This document shows, one piece after another, positions 24,973 through 39,005 of a stretch of DNA of 64,000 nucleotides. Source of the DNA: Paraspadella gotoi (lineage: Eukaryota > Animalia > Chaetognatha); NCBI GenBank assembly GCA_051294375.1, contig CM119267.1:24439783-24503782 (forward strand). The letters run 5' to 3'. The notes under the pieces are model-generated. The model had not been told where the DNA came from. It searched no databases and worked only from the letters and a program-made list of their open reading frames with translations. Made by a program: the position numbers and the translations under genes. Each line of letters begins with the position of its first letter. The first letter of the stretch is position 1.

Positions 24973-27900
24973 CTCCGTCGGCGGCGCCCACGACGTCGAA
25001 ACTAAGTGACGAAAGTCAAGACGCGATCAAACGGATGGAGCCCTCGATCACATTTCTTTGATTGACGGGAGTCAAGAAATAGCTTCGTGCCAGCGAAGTG
25101 TACGACTAATCGTAGATAGTATTTATAAAGTACATCACTGCTTTTATAAAATGTGATCAGTCTAAATATTGAGAACGAATATTTAAATAATAAAAACAAG
25201 TGGAACTGACAATAACAAGAGTCGAAATTGAGATTTGAGACCTTCGGACCCTAAGCGTCGATCAAAAAAAAAAAGGTTCGGCTTCCACTATGACGAAAAG
25301 TAAAACGAGTTCTTCGCTGCAAAGAAGAATCAGGACTAGAACTGTCGTAACAGGCGATGATGTCCCCGAACAGGCGTCTGGCATCGTCTCGCCTGTCCGC
25401 AATCGTCCAAGAGGTCGACGACGATGTCAACGACTTGTCAACGACGACAACAACATGTTCGACGCCGACACGACCTTCTCGCCAGCCGCAGCGGGCAGCT
25501 TTCGACGACGACGCGGCGGCAGCAGCAGCGTCCGCAGTCCTCGAGGTAAATAACTCTTTAGTTTTTTCTCTGCATTTTGGCGAACTGCTGCGGAAGACTG
25601 CGGCGGGAGATGCTTCAGGAGCAGCCGCCGCGGCGTCGGCTCCGTAGGGCGCGTGGGCTGCGACGGCGGCCTTTCGACCAAAGAAGAGATCACATACGAA
25701 AAAGAAAAGGAGAGAGAGAGACAGAGACAGAGACTGACTGGAGAATCTGTTGATTCATCGAGAGAGCGAGTGGTGACCGACGAGAGAGGGCAGCACGAGT
25801 TGGGAGCCAAATTCGGGAGAGATGGATAAACAAAAGGCCAACCATTGATAGATTATGAAAGTTGGTGCTTAGTCAGACTTATAATTAGAATACAATGGAA
25901 ACATACTTGGAAATGAGAAGCCAGGTGCTCTGGTTATAATTTCGTTGTCATTTCATAGATTCGCTAGGTGACTTAGCTCTAGGGAGACAAGAAAATATTT
26001 TTGTAAATGTTTTGTAAACATAAGCCGAGACCATGACTATCTAAACACAAAATATTGAAATGTGAACTATAGCTACGTATCTATCTATAACTATTGTTTG
26101 ACTGCCTGCTTGACCTTTTTAATCCTCACTGAGGACCTCAGCTCGTTTTTAGAAATTATAAAAATGCAAATCTTGTTTATCATTCGTCACAATTTAGACA
26201 GTCGGGATGACTTTATTATTATTCACAGTTTAACTTAAAACGAAGTTTTCGTCAGATTCCATCGCGTGTACAAGCAACAGATCTATCTTCATACGCAATC
26301 CGTATTACAATGTCAAAGAGAGAGAGAGGTCAACTGCGTACATTTAACAGAAAAAGAAAGAAAACAAACTTTTTGCCATAAAATGATGAATTCAAACGAG
26401 TTTCTGGAAGATTTAGAGAATTAGAGAAGTTGGGTCCCTCAGAGACGGAGGTAACCCTTAATTGTGTCCTCTTTTTCTCTATTATTTTTTAAAAAATTAA
26501 TAAAAATAGGGAATTTAAAGTAAAGTTAACGAATAGTGCGAAAGAGACATAGTAAAGATAAAAAAAGCAAGAAAAAAAAACACTCGATAAAAACATTGTG
26601 TAACGCGTTATTACGATTACTACACTGAGGCGTTATACTGTTGTGGCTGATGAAACCGGGAGCAGCTTTCTCTTACATCATAATTTTGGATCCACCAATT
26701 TGTAAAGTTCCATCACCCGAAATAATAATAGTAACAATGTATAGTTATACGGTAATAATTCTCGTATTGTGAGAGGGTTTTCGTTTTGTTTTGAACGACT
26801 CAAGGTGAGGGTAATAGTAGGGGATAAGAGACCAGAATTCATTTTGCATAGATTTTCGTTTGACGTGAATAGAAATTCGGAGGGAGCGAGTTGACGCGAC
26901 GACTATCTGCCAAAATTATGAACGGCGCCACGGAAAACGAAAAAACAACATGGCATTGGCAAAAACTTAATTGTCCAATTTTGTATTTTATACAAATACA
27001 AATTATTTGTCCAAACAATTTTTTTCCGAACGCCTTAAAAAATTTGTTTCTTTGTTTCTTTGTTTTTTCTTTGTTTTTAGCGAAATAAAAACCTTTCATC
27101 ATCTTTTCCGTCGCGCCTTCATAAGGTTTTTTTTTTAAGAATCTAAGTGTTTGATAAAAGTATATTCATTTAAAAAAATAAAAGTTTTTTTTCTTTTCAT
27201 CGTATCCGTAGGAGAAAATTCAAGGTTCTGTGTTCCTTCGAAAATAATCGTTTATTTGGTACGATTAAATTATATCCATTCTGTTCGTACGGGTGCACGG
27301 TTTATTGTGAATAAATCATAAAAGTGTTAATAAATAACTCCGCTAAGCGTGCGATAAAATTAAGCGACAAAGAAGAGTGTTAAAAATAATAAAATATTTT
27401 GCGTTACGATTTAATATACAATGAAAGGCACTTTTTGTTTTGAAGGAAGACTAATTAGAAAAAAAGAGGAAAAGCGTTTTCAAACTCCGTAATCTTGATC
27501 TTTGATTATCCGCCGATGTTCTTCGAAAAACAAACGCAAAACAAGAAAATCCTGTTTCGTTATGAATCTAAAAAACAAAAAAAACAAAAAGTGGCCAACG
27601 TTCCTTCTCTTATTCTGGCCCGTAATAAGAGGAACAACGTGTAAGCTCTTTATTTTTTATTATTTACGTTTTTTTGTTTGTTTGTTTTTTTTTTTCGTGA
27701 TAATGACGACATGAGCAAAATTGCAAATTACACGTAACTCCTAATCTAATTTGCGCCGAGCGGAATATCTTTTGACCTCCGATCAAAATTCGCACACAAC
27801 TACGAATGTTAACCTTAGGCCGTAAAATGTAAAAAGTCGGCAGATTTGAACGTTTCGTTTACAGAGCAGCGTTTGTAACAGAGAGGCAAAAATAATGTGT

Positions 27901-28352
27901 TACATTATTGCCACGGACTACATACAGCCAGAGAAACAGAGCGATAATAATGGCGCACTGTGGTTGGTAAAGTCGAAGTTCTATAAAGTTTTAAAAATAC
28001 AATAACATTTTGTAAACGTTCTCACTTTTGTTCACTCTTATCTAAAGAAAATTGTGCAACGGAGGTTAACTAGTGAACAATTTGTAATAGGGCAAGGTTA
28101 CCAAACTAAAAAATATCCATGCACGCCAAAGACTAAAGATACGACGTGAATATAGAAACGCGTGAATATAGCGGCAACGATTAACATACGATTTGAATTT
28201 TTAAGTCGAAAACAACGACTTCGGCAGACGTTTTTTGTTTATTTCAGCTTCGACGAACTTTTCGAGAGAATCGTGGGTTATGTTTCTAAGTCATTCTAGG
28301 GAAATAATTGGGATTAAAGAAAAACAAAACGGAGAAACGAGACGGAGATAGG

Positions 28353-28408
<56 letters not shown>

Positions 28409-29210
28409 AAAGAAACAAGCGTCAGTCACATTTCGTTTGCTTTAAGGCAACATCAAACTAAACCAACATTAAATAAGCTTAGTCAACTAAATCTAAACAA
28501 ATAATCTAAGCTAAAGATTGCTGGATCAATCGTCTTTAAACTAAGGACAATCTGTAGATAATCGCGAAAGATGATCTAAAAATGATCCTTAGATACTTAA
28601 AATGATCCAAAGATGATCTAAGATAATTGGGGATCAAGTTCATCTTCCTTTTCGCTTTACATTCCATGACTAGCATTATTCTCACTCAAATTAGGGGAAG
28701 GGTAGCATATGTATTACCATCCAAGTTGATGGCAAAAAATGGCACATAGAAAAATATATTTATACGTATATAAGTCTAGATAACAAAAAAAGATATAACG
28801 TTTAAAAAAAAAAGGTAATGCGTTAAAGCCACTTTCTTTCGCAAATTATCTTCTCTGGTCTCTCTGTTCCATGTGCCTCTTTTCAACCATATTATTATTC
28901 TTAAGGGAGAAGGTAAGGCAAAATAATCTTTACATTATCTAAAAGAAACAAGCGTGGAACCTTGAATTGAGAGATTTGCTTTTTTTTTTAGCCCCATAAA
29001 AGAGTTAACTAGGTAAAGAAATATTATTCGTCAATAAGAATTAGATATACTAAAGAATTCTAATTTTTCGTCGGTTCGTTGTTTTACTTCTACAATTGCT
29101 ATTTTTTTTAAAAAATCCGGCAGCGGGGGTGACGGCCTCGCGCGTTGGCCGGCGGAAGCTCATATAATTTCCTTCTTGAACGAGCCGGTTGCTCTTTTGT
29201 TGCCTCTAGT

Positions 29211-31448
29211 TTACCTGAATCCCGAACTGGCGTGCTTTTTGCAAAAGGGACGCCCGCCCTTTGCGTAGAAGCTCTGCCCTTCCAAGTTGGTTTGGCAGAC
29301 CTGAAAAAAAATTTAGGTTGATTTATTTCGTAATTAATTTATAGTAACCATCGTTTCGCACTAATCGCACTAATCGCCTGAATTATTAAATACTAAATAT
29401 ATTAACATATTGATTTATACAATTGTTGGATTGACTCACAGCGCAGTTGAAGCACTCCGCGTGCCAGTTCTGCCCCAGAGCCTCGACCCATCGATCGGAA
29501 GGTTCGATGGGAAAGTCGCAGCCGTAACATTTGGTGGTGAACAGTTCGTTCCAATCTTTGGCGCAGTATTGCTGACCGTCCTCGATGTGGAACCCCGCCG
29601 TCCCGATCGGTTGCTGAAAAAAAAAAGTATTAAAATGATGCGCGGTTTTCTGTTTAGCTTTGTCTCTGTGTTATTTTTTTTTTACAAATACAAATACAAA
29701 TACAAATCAATGATTATAAAATATTGACAAAACATTGACTATAAAAATTATTCATTTTCTCCTTCTATATTTATTTCTCTGAATAAAACCCGACGGACTC
29801 ACCTTGCAATGGAAGCAAACGAAGCAACCAGGGTGCCAGGTCTGATTCATGGCATTCACGCAGTCCTGGTAACAATAAACGGAATTTAAACTTTCTCGTA
29901 TAAAAGATTCGATAAATGTGAAAAGATTTTACAATGTAAAATTTACATCCATAAGGGTCTACACTGTAACTACAAAATATAGAAACGCTATGACTGCGAC
30001 GAGGGGAGAAAACCAACGACATCTGCCACAAAAAAGAAAAAGAAAAAACAACAAAGGAACAACGACAAGGGGTGTGTTTATTAGGGATGTACGAAATCGC
30101 AAGGGAACGAGTCGCAGAAAAAAACAAAAAAACAATAACAGTAACAGTAACAACCGGGAAAAAAATGAACACATATATATAAATTTTCGTCTCGTAGCTT
30201 TAAAAAAAAGGAGCGCGGTTGATCGCTCGAAACAAACGATTATCCCTGTATTTACTTACAGTCTTCGAGCAGATGCAATGAGAATAAAAAACGAGTTTTA
30301 AATTACTTTTTTTTAAAAATTAACATGCACTGTTTAATGTATATAGCTAATTATAACCGTCAAAAATATAATAAATCAAGAAACGGACCGACGAACCAAA
30401 AAAGGGCTCTATTTTCCAAAAAGCGCTCAATTTATGTTCCTTAATCCCCTTAATTTTATCTCTAATATTTAATCTTAATCTATATTAACCAAGTCATCAG
30501 CATAATTCCGAATTTAAGATGAAAATGGGACGCTTTGAGAAAATAAACCCGAGAAGATTCAACGATAACGACGATGAAGTCGAGCGACGACGCCCGATCT
30601 CTCTCACATGTTTGATGGAGACGTTGCACTTGGCGCATTTGGGGGCGAAGTGCGCCTCGTAATCCGTCTCGCAGAAGAGCTGACCGCCCTCCTCTACGAA
30701 GCCGCACTCTTGCAGCGGACGACGGCATTGGGGGTTGGCGCAGATGAAATTATCGGGGGCGAAGGTCTTGCCGAGGGCCAGGATGAAGGGGCCTCTGGTT
30801 AAGGGGAAGGGCGGGTTGGAGACGGGGTGATGGGGGGGGGGAGTGGAGTTTGATCGTAATAAATGAAGTCGGGAGCGACTATTTAAATTCTTAATGGCAG
30901 CATCTACAAAAATTAATTAAATTCGTTGCTAAATAATTTTACTGATCGATTTTCACACTGATATTACCTTAGTAGAGCTCCAGCAATATTCATTCAGAGT
31001 GATTATCAGGAAACGCATAATGTTTAAAAAATGTTATTCATGACATGAATGAATGCACCATTGGACTGATATGAACTGTCTATAGCCGCAAACATTTTCA
31101 GCAATAACAACTGTGAACAGGAGCAGAACATATCAACAACATTAAGTGTGAACAGCGGCCAATCTTCTTCACGACATAAAGTTTGAAAAACAGGTAAACG
31201 TGAACATGAACCGCAGATAATTGGCTCAGCAACATCTAGATTAAAGCCTTCAACAGCAACCAATCATCAACCATTTATCACTCACCGGATCTGCTGACCG
31301 GTCAACGCGCAGACGGGGATCTTTCCCGCCAAAATCGGCTGCTGCATCGTCGCCGAACCCGCGGCGCCCAGCGTCGGTTTTCGCGGCCCTTTCGGTATCG
31401 AGGGCATCTTGGGCGGCGGAGGCGTGGGACGTTTGGGGGCGGGGGCTG
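29211..31448 (-). CDS. C-terminal triple-LIM region of a Zasp/Enigma (PDLIM5/PDLIM7/LDB3-like) protein
   Basis: Exons at about 31448-31286, 30794-30608, 29865-29803, 29613-29440 and 29300-29211 splice to IPVCALTGQQIRGPFILALGKTFAPDNFICANPQC...FAPKCAKC...WHPGCFVCFHC...[59 protein letters not shown]. Confidence 0.93.
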
Positions 31449-31958
31449 TCGGAAAAGGAAGGGAGGGAGGGGGGCGGTCACGTTAAGAGATGGATTTGAT
31501 ACGGAAGAGAGAGAGAAAAAAAAAACTATATTCACAGAGAAACCTCGGTGTTTTTGTAAATTATTTTGATAAATTTTGAACTGTTTTCTTTCCTAAATTG
31601 CTCTAATTTAAAAAATAAAGGGGGCGTACCCGTTTGGTTTTTGTATTTAGCCAAATTTTAACTTTGAAACATTGAGGTTTCGCTGAATCTAAGAATAAAC
31701 AAAACACTACGTCTACTGAAACATTAGATTACATATCGAACAGTGAGTAGATTTAGTATTAGGTTTAAAACGTAATACAATGAGATTAATATTTTTTCGT
31801 ATGTAAAGTTCCGAAATAAACGAGAATGAGGGAACAAAAAAGTCGTGATTGTTTGGTTTCGTTTTTTCTTTTTTTCTTTTTTTTTGGTTAGTTTTGTTTT
31901 TATCGCGTTTTTATGCGTGGAAATCGTGTGTTGAAGGAAGGGCCGACAACTACATCGA

Positions 31959-32042
<84 letters not shown>

Positions 32043-33527
32043 ACGCAAAAATAACTCCCCCGGTCAGAGAGAGAGAGAGAAAGATAGAGATAGAGAGAAG
32101 GAAAGACAGACAGGCATTAAAGTTAAAACAACATCGACTCCGAATTTGTGAGTCATTAGAAATCTAAAACGAATTTTTATTAGTTGTTTATCGGGCCCCG
32201 AACCTGGAATTAGGCGAAACATGACGAAGAATTCGGAATTTGAATGAAAAGCTGATTTTGTGATTTGTGATAAAGAACTCTCGTACTTCATCCTCTTTTA
32301 TCACTCGATACTTTAGCCCTCTCGTACCATTAAAGGTAATTTTACCGTAATTTAACCTCGCCAATCCTGTCCTAATAAACCTTTACAGAAATCTTACCGA
32401 AAAAATCAAATTATCGCTGGAAGTACATGAAATATGAAGAGACTGATCGTTTCAGAAACAACCCTGACCTACTACAGAATTCTTTCCTTTCAATATACAA
32501 AATCTTACATGAAAAACCTGGCCTACTCGAAAATTCTTACCAGACTCAAGTTCTCTCCCTTCGAGTGCAGCTGCTTCGTCCTGCGCTGCCGCCGGGGCTG
32601 TCGACGCCGCCGCCGCCGGATCGGGTTCCGAAACCTGCTGCTGCGTTTGAGGCGGCAGTTGTTGAAGCGTTGTCTCCGCAGCCTCCGTAATTGTCTCTTT
32701 ATATTTTCAATGTACATATCATCCAAGTATATATCTTATATATATTTATAATTTTATATAGTTTATAGTTTGGTCTGGATCTCGAGACTCTATAGTATTT
32801 AGCAGCAAATCTTTCATGATTGTCGGATCTAGCCATCGAAGGTGCAAACGTTGTTGTAAACCTCGCTGCAAGTTGCAATGGAAACTTGCATTTACAGCAG
32901 AGTAACTTTACAACAAGATGATGATTTTAAGAAATCATATTATTGAATATCATTTTCCCCAATCTCGTTGTAAGCGTTACAAACTGTATAAATGCCCCCC
33001 AAAATGTTCTCAATAGCAAAAAAATTTTGCAAAAGGGGGACGTGCTGCGAGGTACCATTCCAAGAGAAAATTTTAGTTTATTAGGGAATGAAGCTATATG
33101 GAATATCACATTGAAGTTGGATTTTCATGGAGTAAACAAATCAACAATTTAACTTAAACTGATTAAAATTAAGTAAGTAGTGATTCTTTCATTGCTTTCA
33201 TTGACTTGTTACTCCTACACTGCAAAGTTTCAGGTGAGGAAAATAAAAAAAATTTATAAAGAAAAAATCTAAACTAAAAATTTAGATAAACTAATAACTT
33301 AAAACAAATTAAAAAAGTTGGTTATAATTTTTAATTTCTAATTAAATATATTTTTTAAACATGGTTATAAAAAGGAATAACTTAGGTTTTTACTAATTAA
33401 ATGACAAATTTATTGATGAAAGACATTTCAAAAACTCATAAGTCATAACAAAATCATCAGGCTGACAATAAGATTGCAAAAAAAATATATGTTTCTGACA
33501 CGAGGTAACTGATGCTTACAAACAAAT

Positions 33528-35003
33528 TCAGACTTTATCTTCATTTTCAGATGATAATGAATATTCAGATTCAGTCGCAGACACATTAGGAATTGTGCTG
33601 ATTTCAACCTTCTCATTGATTTTATCATTTAAAAATCTTTCCAACAAGAAATTTGGCAAAGGTGTCTCTTCTGCTCCTTTGAAATTCGTGTTTACTAGCA
33701 TAATTTTGGTTTCGTGGTCAGGGCTTTGATCTTGAGATAGGGTCATGGAACAAACAGCATCAGTGCCTGAAACTTCATTACACTGCATAACTACATGAAG
33801 GTCACTTTTTGTATGTTCACAATTATCCTTATATAAATTTTGTTCTACAACTCTAACTTCTCGTGGTAACTTACCCAGGTCCTGTTCTACATTTACCACT
33901 TCTTCTGCAATGGGTTTTAAGGTTTGTTGATCATCAACATTCAGTTTCTCTATGATCTCTGCGTCTGAATCTGTTATATCACTATCCTTCTTTCTGTCAT
34001 CAACATTTGCTCTTATCGTGATAATTGAATTTTCATCCCCAATTATGTCTAATGTTTTTTCTTCTATTTTTTGGTCTGACATGTTCTCACTTTTACATAT
34101 AATATCCTTTTTGTCGTGACAACTATTTTTAGGTGATTTTTCTAGCGTCTCTCCTGGCATTTCGGGAACGATTTCAGTTTGCTGTCCACTCAGGTTTGAA
34201 GGTTTGACTTTCAATGTTAGGTTTTCATCTTTGATTTCAATTTTACAAGGATCATTAACCACTATTTTTTCCTTTTTGGTATCATCACTAAAAGTTTTAT
34301 TTATAACGTTTTCTTTGCCAGTTGGTTCCAAAGATTTTATTTTTACTTCCTCATCCACTGACTTATCTCCAAATTTATCTTCTTTTTCAGAGTTTGATAT
34401 TTCTTTATGAGTATTTTTTTCCAGACTAAAGCTCTCATCCTCTATATTTGGCACAGGACTAATTTCAATTTTATTTTTTATCTCATCAGATATTTTATTT
34501 TGTACCGATTTTTGGTTTAAGTCAGTGTTTGATTTATCATTGATAATATGATTTTTAGCAGGACATTTTAGTGTTAGGTCTCCTTCTGTAGCTAACTTTT
34601 CAGTTTCTTTTACTTCGGTTTCATGTTGAACAAATAATTCTACTGAACCTTCTTTTTCTTTTTTCTTTTCAAGTACAATCACTGGATTTTCAATGCATTT
34701 TTTAATAGAAACAGGTTCAGGGCCATGCATTTCTATATTATTTTTCTCTATTTCTGAGCAGGCGAGTGGGATAAAAACATGATTCGGTTGGGTATCTACG
34801 TTTTCTAAAGCACACAAGGTATTTGTGAGTGGAGAAGGGTTGAGTTTGGGTTTTAAAACTTCCATGTTTTTAGTTTCCATGGGTTGTTCTTGTAACATAG
34901 TGCTATTTTCAAGAGCATTTGAGTTTTGTGGCGAAGTTATTTCCTCTTTTGGAACGGATGTATCGCTAAGTTGTTTGATGTTCACCATTGCTTGAAGGAA
35001 CAC
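33528..35003 (-). CDS. Large E/K-rich low-complexity exon, probably an alternative exon of the LIM gene
   Basis: 491-codon open frame in AT-rich DNA, on the same strand as and inside the LIM gene span. No recognisable domain. Confidence 0.6.
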   Translation of the reverse strand: MFLQAMVNIKQLSDTSVPKEEITSPQNSNALENSTMLQEQPMETKNMEVLKPKLNPSPLTNTLCALENVDTQPNHVFIPLACSEIEKNNIEMHGPEPVSIKKCIENPVIVLEKKKEKEGSVELFVQHETEVKETEKLATEGDLTLKCPAKNHIINDKSNTDLNQKSVQNKISDEIKNKIEISPVPNIEDESFSLEKNTHKEISNSEKEDKFGDKSVDEEVKIKSLEPTGKENVINKTFSDDTKKEKIVVNDPCKIEIKDENLTLKVKPSNLSGQQTEIVPEMPGETLEKSPKNSCHDKKDIICKSENMSDQKIEEKTLDIIGDENSIITIRANVDDRKKDSDITDSDAEIIEKLNVDDQQTLKPIAEEVVNVEQDLGKLPREVRVVEQNLYKDNCEHTKSDLHVVMQCNEVSGTDAVCSMTLSQDQSPDHETKIMLVNTNFKGAEETPLPNFLLERFLNDKINEKVEISTIPNVSATESEYSLSSENEDKV

Positions 35004-36500
35004 AAAATCTTAATAAACTTTCAAGTAAACTCGAGTTAAAATATAATCATTCTGATCTCTCTCTTTTTTGTTTCGGATTTCATGCAGGAATATTTATTTC
35101 ATCCCTTTAAGGATAAAAATATAAATAAATAAGTATTATTAACAGACAGTAATGCATTGAATAAGGTGTTTGATATGAGAGCAAATTCAGAGCCAATTAG
35201 TAAATCACCTTGTAAATATTACATTGTTTTTGCAGCAGAGAAGATATTTTATTTTTAATTATAATGCTAATATTTTAAAGCAACTCTGTTTAAAAACATG
35301 GATGGTTAAAACCAGTCCTGATAAGATTGTTGGTGGTATTTATAAATCTACTCGGCAATTTTGCTATTAGTTTACTGTTAAAAAATAATAAAAATATTTT
35401 TTAAGATTTATTAAAAATTTTTTTTATAAAATCAGAGAAAAATTAATACATATTTTAATATTATATATATTCCGGTTAAATATCAGAAAATAAAAATAAA
35501 ATTATTTTGATGTAAACTAAGTTTACAGTTAGAAAAAATTTGAGAAAGCAATGAGAGTCGGTATTAATTATATCTGATCTCAGTTGGGCCTCTTCTAAAC
35601 CATAATCGTTTTGAGAAATTCCAGAAAAATCTTCAATGTTACCCATATCTTGCAAAATTTTTATATGTATTTTTGCTAATGGTAAAGGAATTAGTATATT
35701 GACACAAATTTTAAAAACATGCGAAGGGAATGATCCATGCAAGGTAGAAGATATGACTTTAAGAAGCAAGAGAGAGATCAGTTGCTCCCGGGATTTCAAA
35801 TTGTTTTATAATTTTTTATAATTGATATCGCTAATTTTATTTGCATGAATCAAACCTCTATATATTAAGGACTTGACTAACCTGGGGCTTGTTCAGAAGA
35901 TGTGTCCCTGAAAAAATAATAAAAATTAGTTTACAATGTGTGCAGTAAATTTAATTTCATATAAGAGATAAAAGGTGCAAAACAAAGACGACTAATTGAC
36001 AGTTGATAAAAAGCTTAATAACGAAATCACTAAATTTAAACTCATAACAGGTTGAAACATTTTAGTAGCTCCTATATTATATTTTAACTTTACCACTTAT
36101 CATTTGATGCCATGTTTTTAACAGAATACAATTAGCAGAAACGAGCTGAGAACCGCAACTCTCTAGGCAAAAGAGAATTATTGTCATTGTATATCAAAAA
36201 GCAATATTTTTTCAGTCACTGTATATAATTTTTTAAGTTTTGGATTATTTGAGCCAAGCAAAGTTTTGAAAATGAGGTGAATTGTCTTAGAAAAAATTAT
36301 GTTTTGAGACATCCAATTTTCAAATTTCTGTTTATAATGGTTAAATTCAGGCAGCATGTTTTACTTTTATTGAATTTATTTTTTAAACAACACTGCTTTC
36401 ACGGTTAGGCCTGAGACTCGCAACAGCTTTTAGGATTTTCTGCTGCATCTCAAGAGATAAGAAACTTCAGTATTGTAACATTGATTACACGATTAACTAC

Positions 36501-36961
36501 TCACGCATAATTCACTTTAATGACGCTCTTCTTGTTTTCTTCCTCCAACTCCTCCCCAGAACCATACATCTGCTCTAAAATTTTAAAAGACTGACTTTGA
36601 GCCACATGATCATCGGACTTAGATAGTCTGTGAGCAACTTTTTTTTCTTTCATATTATCATCTGTCTTTACTCTCATTGTAAGCGAAATCGGAGTTAGAC
36701 ATGCATCTTCTGCAGTTAAAAGCGTTGCTGGAGAAAGTATTTCCGATGGTCTAGTTGATGCAAGTGCATTTTGTTCAATATTTGTAGGAGCTGAGAAATT
36801 TGGCGTCGTCAGTACAGCAACAGGCTGAACTGGCGCTGCCATTGCTACTGGTTTGAGAGTCGGAACTGGTGATACACTCGGTACCTCTTTAACTTCATTG
36901 AGAGGTGTAAAAGGAGAAACTCTAATTTCAGATTTAGAAGCAGATGTAGGAGTTGATCCAC
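36501..36961 (-). CDS. Probable LIM-gene exon carrying a QSxSFxxL motif
   Basis: P/T/S-rich ORF containing VAQSQSFKILEQMY, which resembles the QSRSFRIL motif of ALP/Enigma-family linkers. Confidence 0.65.
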
Positions 36962-37524
36962 TAGGAAGCAAATTAAGATTAAGCATATTAGCATATTTGT
37001 TATGTAAAAATTTGAAGCTTCTGAAAAAAATTTTTTGAGACCAAAGAGGCAAAATATTCAAAGCTTTTAAAACTTAAGTAACAAAATGAGGAAAATAAAT
37101 TTGAAATGTATCATTCAAGCTTGATTCACCTTTTTCAAAAATATCACTCAAGAAATAAAATGTAATTTAATTGTTGAAAGCTTTGATCTCACCTATCAAA
37201 TTTATACGTAGAACACAAAGGAGTGTTCTTGTTAAAATCTACAGTTACACTTAATTCCCGTTTTAATTCAGCTTTGCTAATGCAGCGAGGTTCTACTGTA
37301 GATTTTACCGGATAATGAGTGCTTTTGTTTGAACTTTTTTCTTCACTGAAAAAAAAATTATTGCAGTTGATATTAAATTAGCTGCTATTATTCAGAACAG
37401 AATGTTCAATGTACATAGTAACTTATACTTTACTAAGCACAGTATGATACAATACTCATTTTACTCATTTCATACTTCTTAATCCATAACAACAATGATT
37501 AATGTCTTTCTATGCTATATTTCA

Positions 37525-38832
37525 TCATGTGCATACTGCATATTGATAAAAGTTATTATAAATACATAAAATATACAGGAAATAGAAAGGTGTTCTTCGT
37601 TCATGCACGTGTGGTTGTGCGTTAGCATATCCTGTGCATGCATACCTATCGAGTATCGACACATACCTTTTACGAACTAGTTCTCCAGTAGTGGGGTCTA
37701 TAGAAGTTGGTGGAAGAGTGGACACACCCTCTGAAATGATTGAATGATGGAGATGATACTTTGAGGATCGATCAGAGGATGAATTCTTAACGGTGGGATA
37801 ACTCATGACGGGCAAACAGTTTGTGACACGCGCACAAATCCTTGTTGGCGCTTCACAAAACTCGCCCTTGACGCATGCATTCCGAGACAACTTCACTGCA
37901 CTCAGAGTGGACCGAGAAGTTGGGGCCGCAAGGCAAAACCCTGTCGGGGACCGGCACGGAGATATGGTGGTGGCGGAGGAGAATGTGGAAGTGTTGGATA
38001 GAGAGGGAGATGCTGGAGAAGGAGGGGACAAAGTGGAAGGAGAAAAACGACCCGAAGATATCGACGTGGAGGAGGGAGACAACGGAAACGACGTTGCTGT
38101 GCCAGTCGGCGCTTTGGCGGCTCTTGGAGTGCTTCCGGGAGTGTGATAACAGTCGGAGTCGCTATCGCTGGCGACGCCCGTCGACGTTGATGACGATGCC
38201 GTTTGCAATCCCACGTAAGATGAGGATGAACGACCAATTATTTGTTGGTCCTTGATGGTTTTTTGCAACGTTCGATTGAGCTTCTCCAGTTCATCGCTGG
38301 TAATTTCTTTGGATGCCATCTGGTTTTTCCACGGCTTGAAATTTTCATTGACGCTGATATTTTTGTCCAGTATCAGGGACTGCGGGATGGGATCGTTTTT
38401 TAAAGGCGCATCCTCAATAAATTTTGAGCCTTTGTCAAATTTAACGTTGGACATCGTGACCGTGTTGGGAACGTCATTCTTGACGACAAACTTGGAAGGC
38501 AAGAGCGGCATGGCGCTTCTGCCTTGCAATGTCAAAGCGGCCGTGGAATCATTGAACGGCGCCCGCTCACGGCCGCCTCCTTCACGATGAAAGAGAACCT
38601 TGCCATTTTTCTGATTGTAGCTGAAATACTGGGAGTTGCCGCTCGGGGCGCTACGATCGCGGGCGTAAGAGGATCCGGCTACCGGGTCGTGTTCACGAAG
38701 TCTAATTCCCAAACTGGGTCCGATGTTAGGATCTTTTTTCAGTTGAAGCAACAACGCGGTTTTAGTAGCAAAACGGGGAACACGGCAAAAGCGGGTTAGG
38801 GACATTGAGGGTACAATCAAAAATATAAACAA
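37525..38832 (-). CDS. Probable large Ser/Pro-rich exon of the LIM gene
   Basis: 435-codon open frame with an SP-rich segment, on the same strand and within the gene span. Confidence 0.6.
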   Translation of the reverse strand: MFIFLIVPSMSLTRFCRVPRFATKTALLLQLKKDPNIGPSLGIRLREHDPVAGSSYARDRSAPSGNSQYFSYNQKNGKVLFHREGGGRERAPFNDSTAALTLQGRSAMPLLPSKFVVKNDVPNTVTMSNVKFDKGSKFIEDAPLKNDPIPQSLILDKNISVNENFKPWKNQMASKEITSDELEKLNRTLQKTIKDQQIIGRSSSSYVGLQTASSSTSTGVASDSDSDCYHTPGSTPRAAKAPTGTATSFPLSPSSTSISSGRFSPSTLSPPSPASPSLSNTSTFSSATTISPCRSPTGFCLAAPTSRSTLSAVKLSRNACVKGEFCEAPTRICARVTNCLPVMSYPTVKNSSSDRSSKYHLHHSIISEGVSTLPPTSIDPTTGELVRKRYVSILDRYACTGYANAQPHVHERRTPFYFLYILCIYNNFYQYAVCT

Positions 38833-39005
38833 AAATTATTTGAGACTTGAACATGCGCAAATTATAATTTTAAAAGTCAATATTGGAAAATAAATTTATT
38901 TTGTTAAACGTAAACTGTGATATCCTAAATTACAAATCGGACCTGGCGATAAATTGATATCCTTTCAGCATTAACAATTTAAAAAAAAAATTCACATATG
39001 ACATT

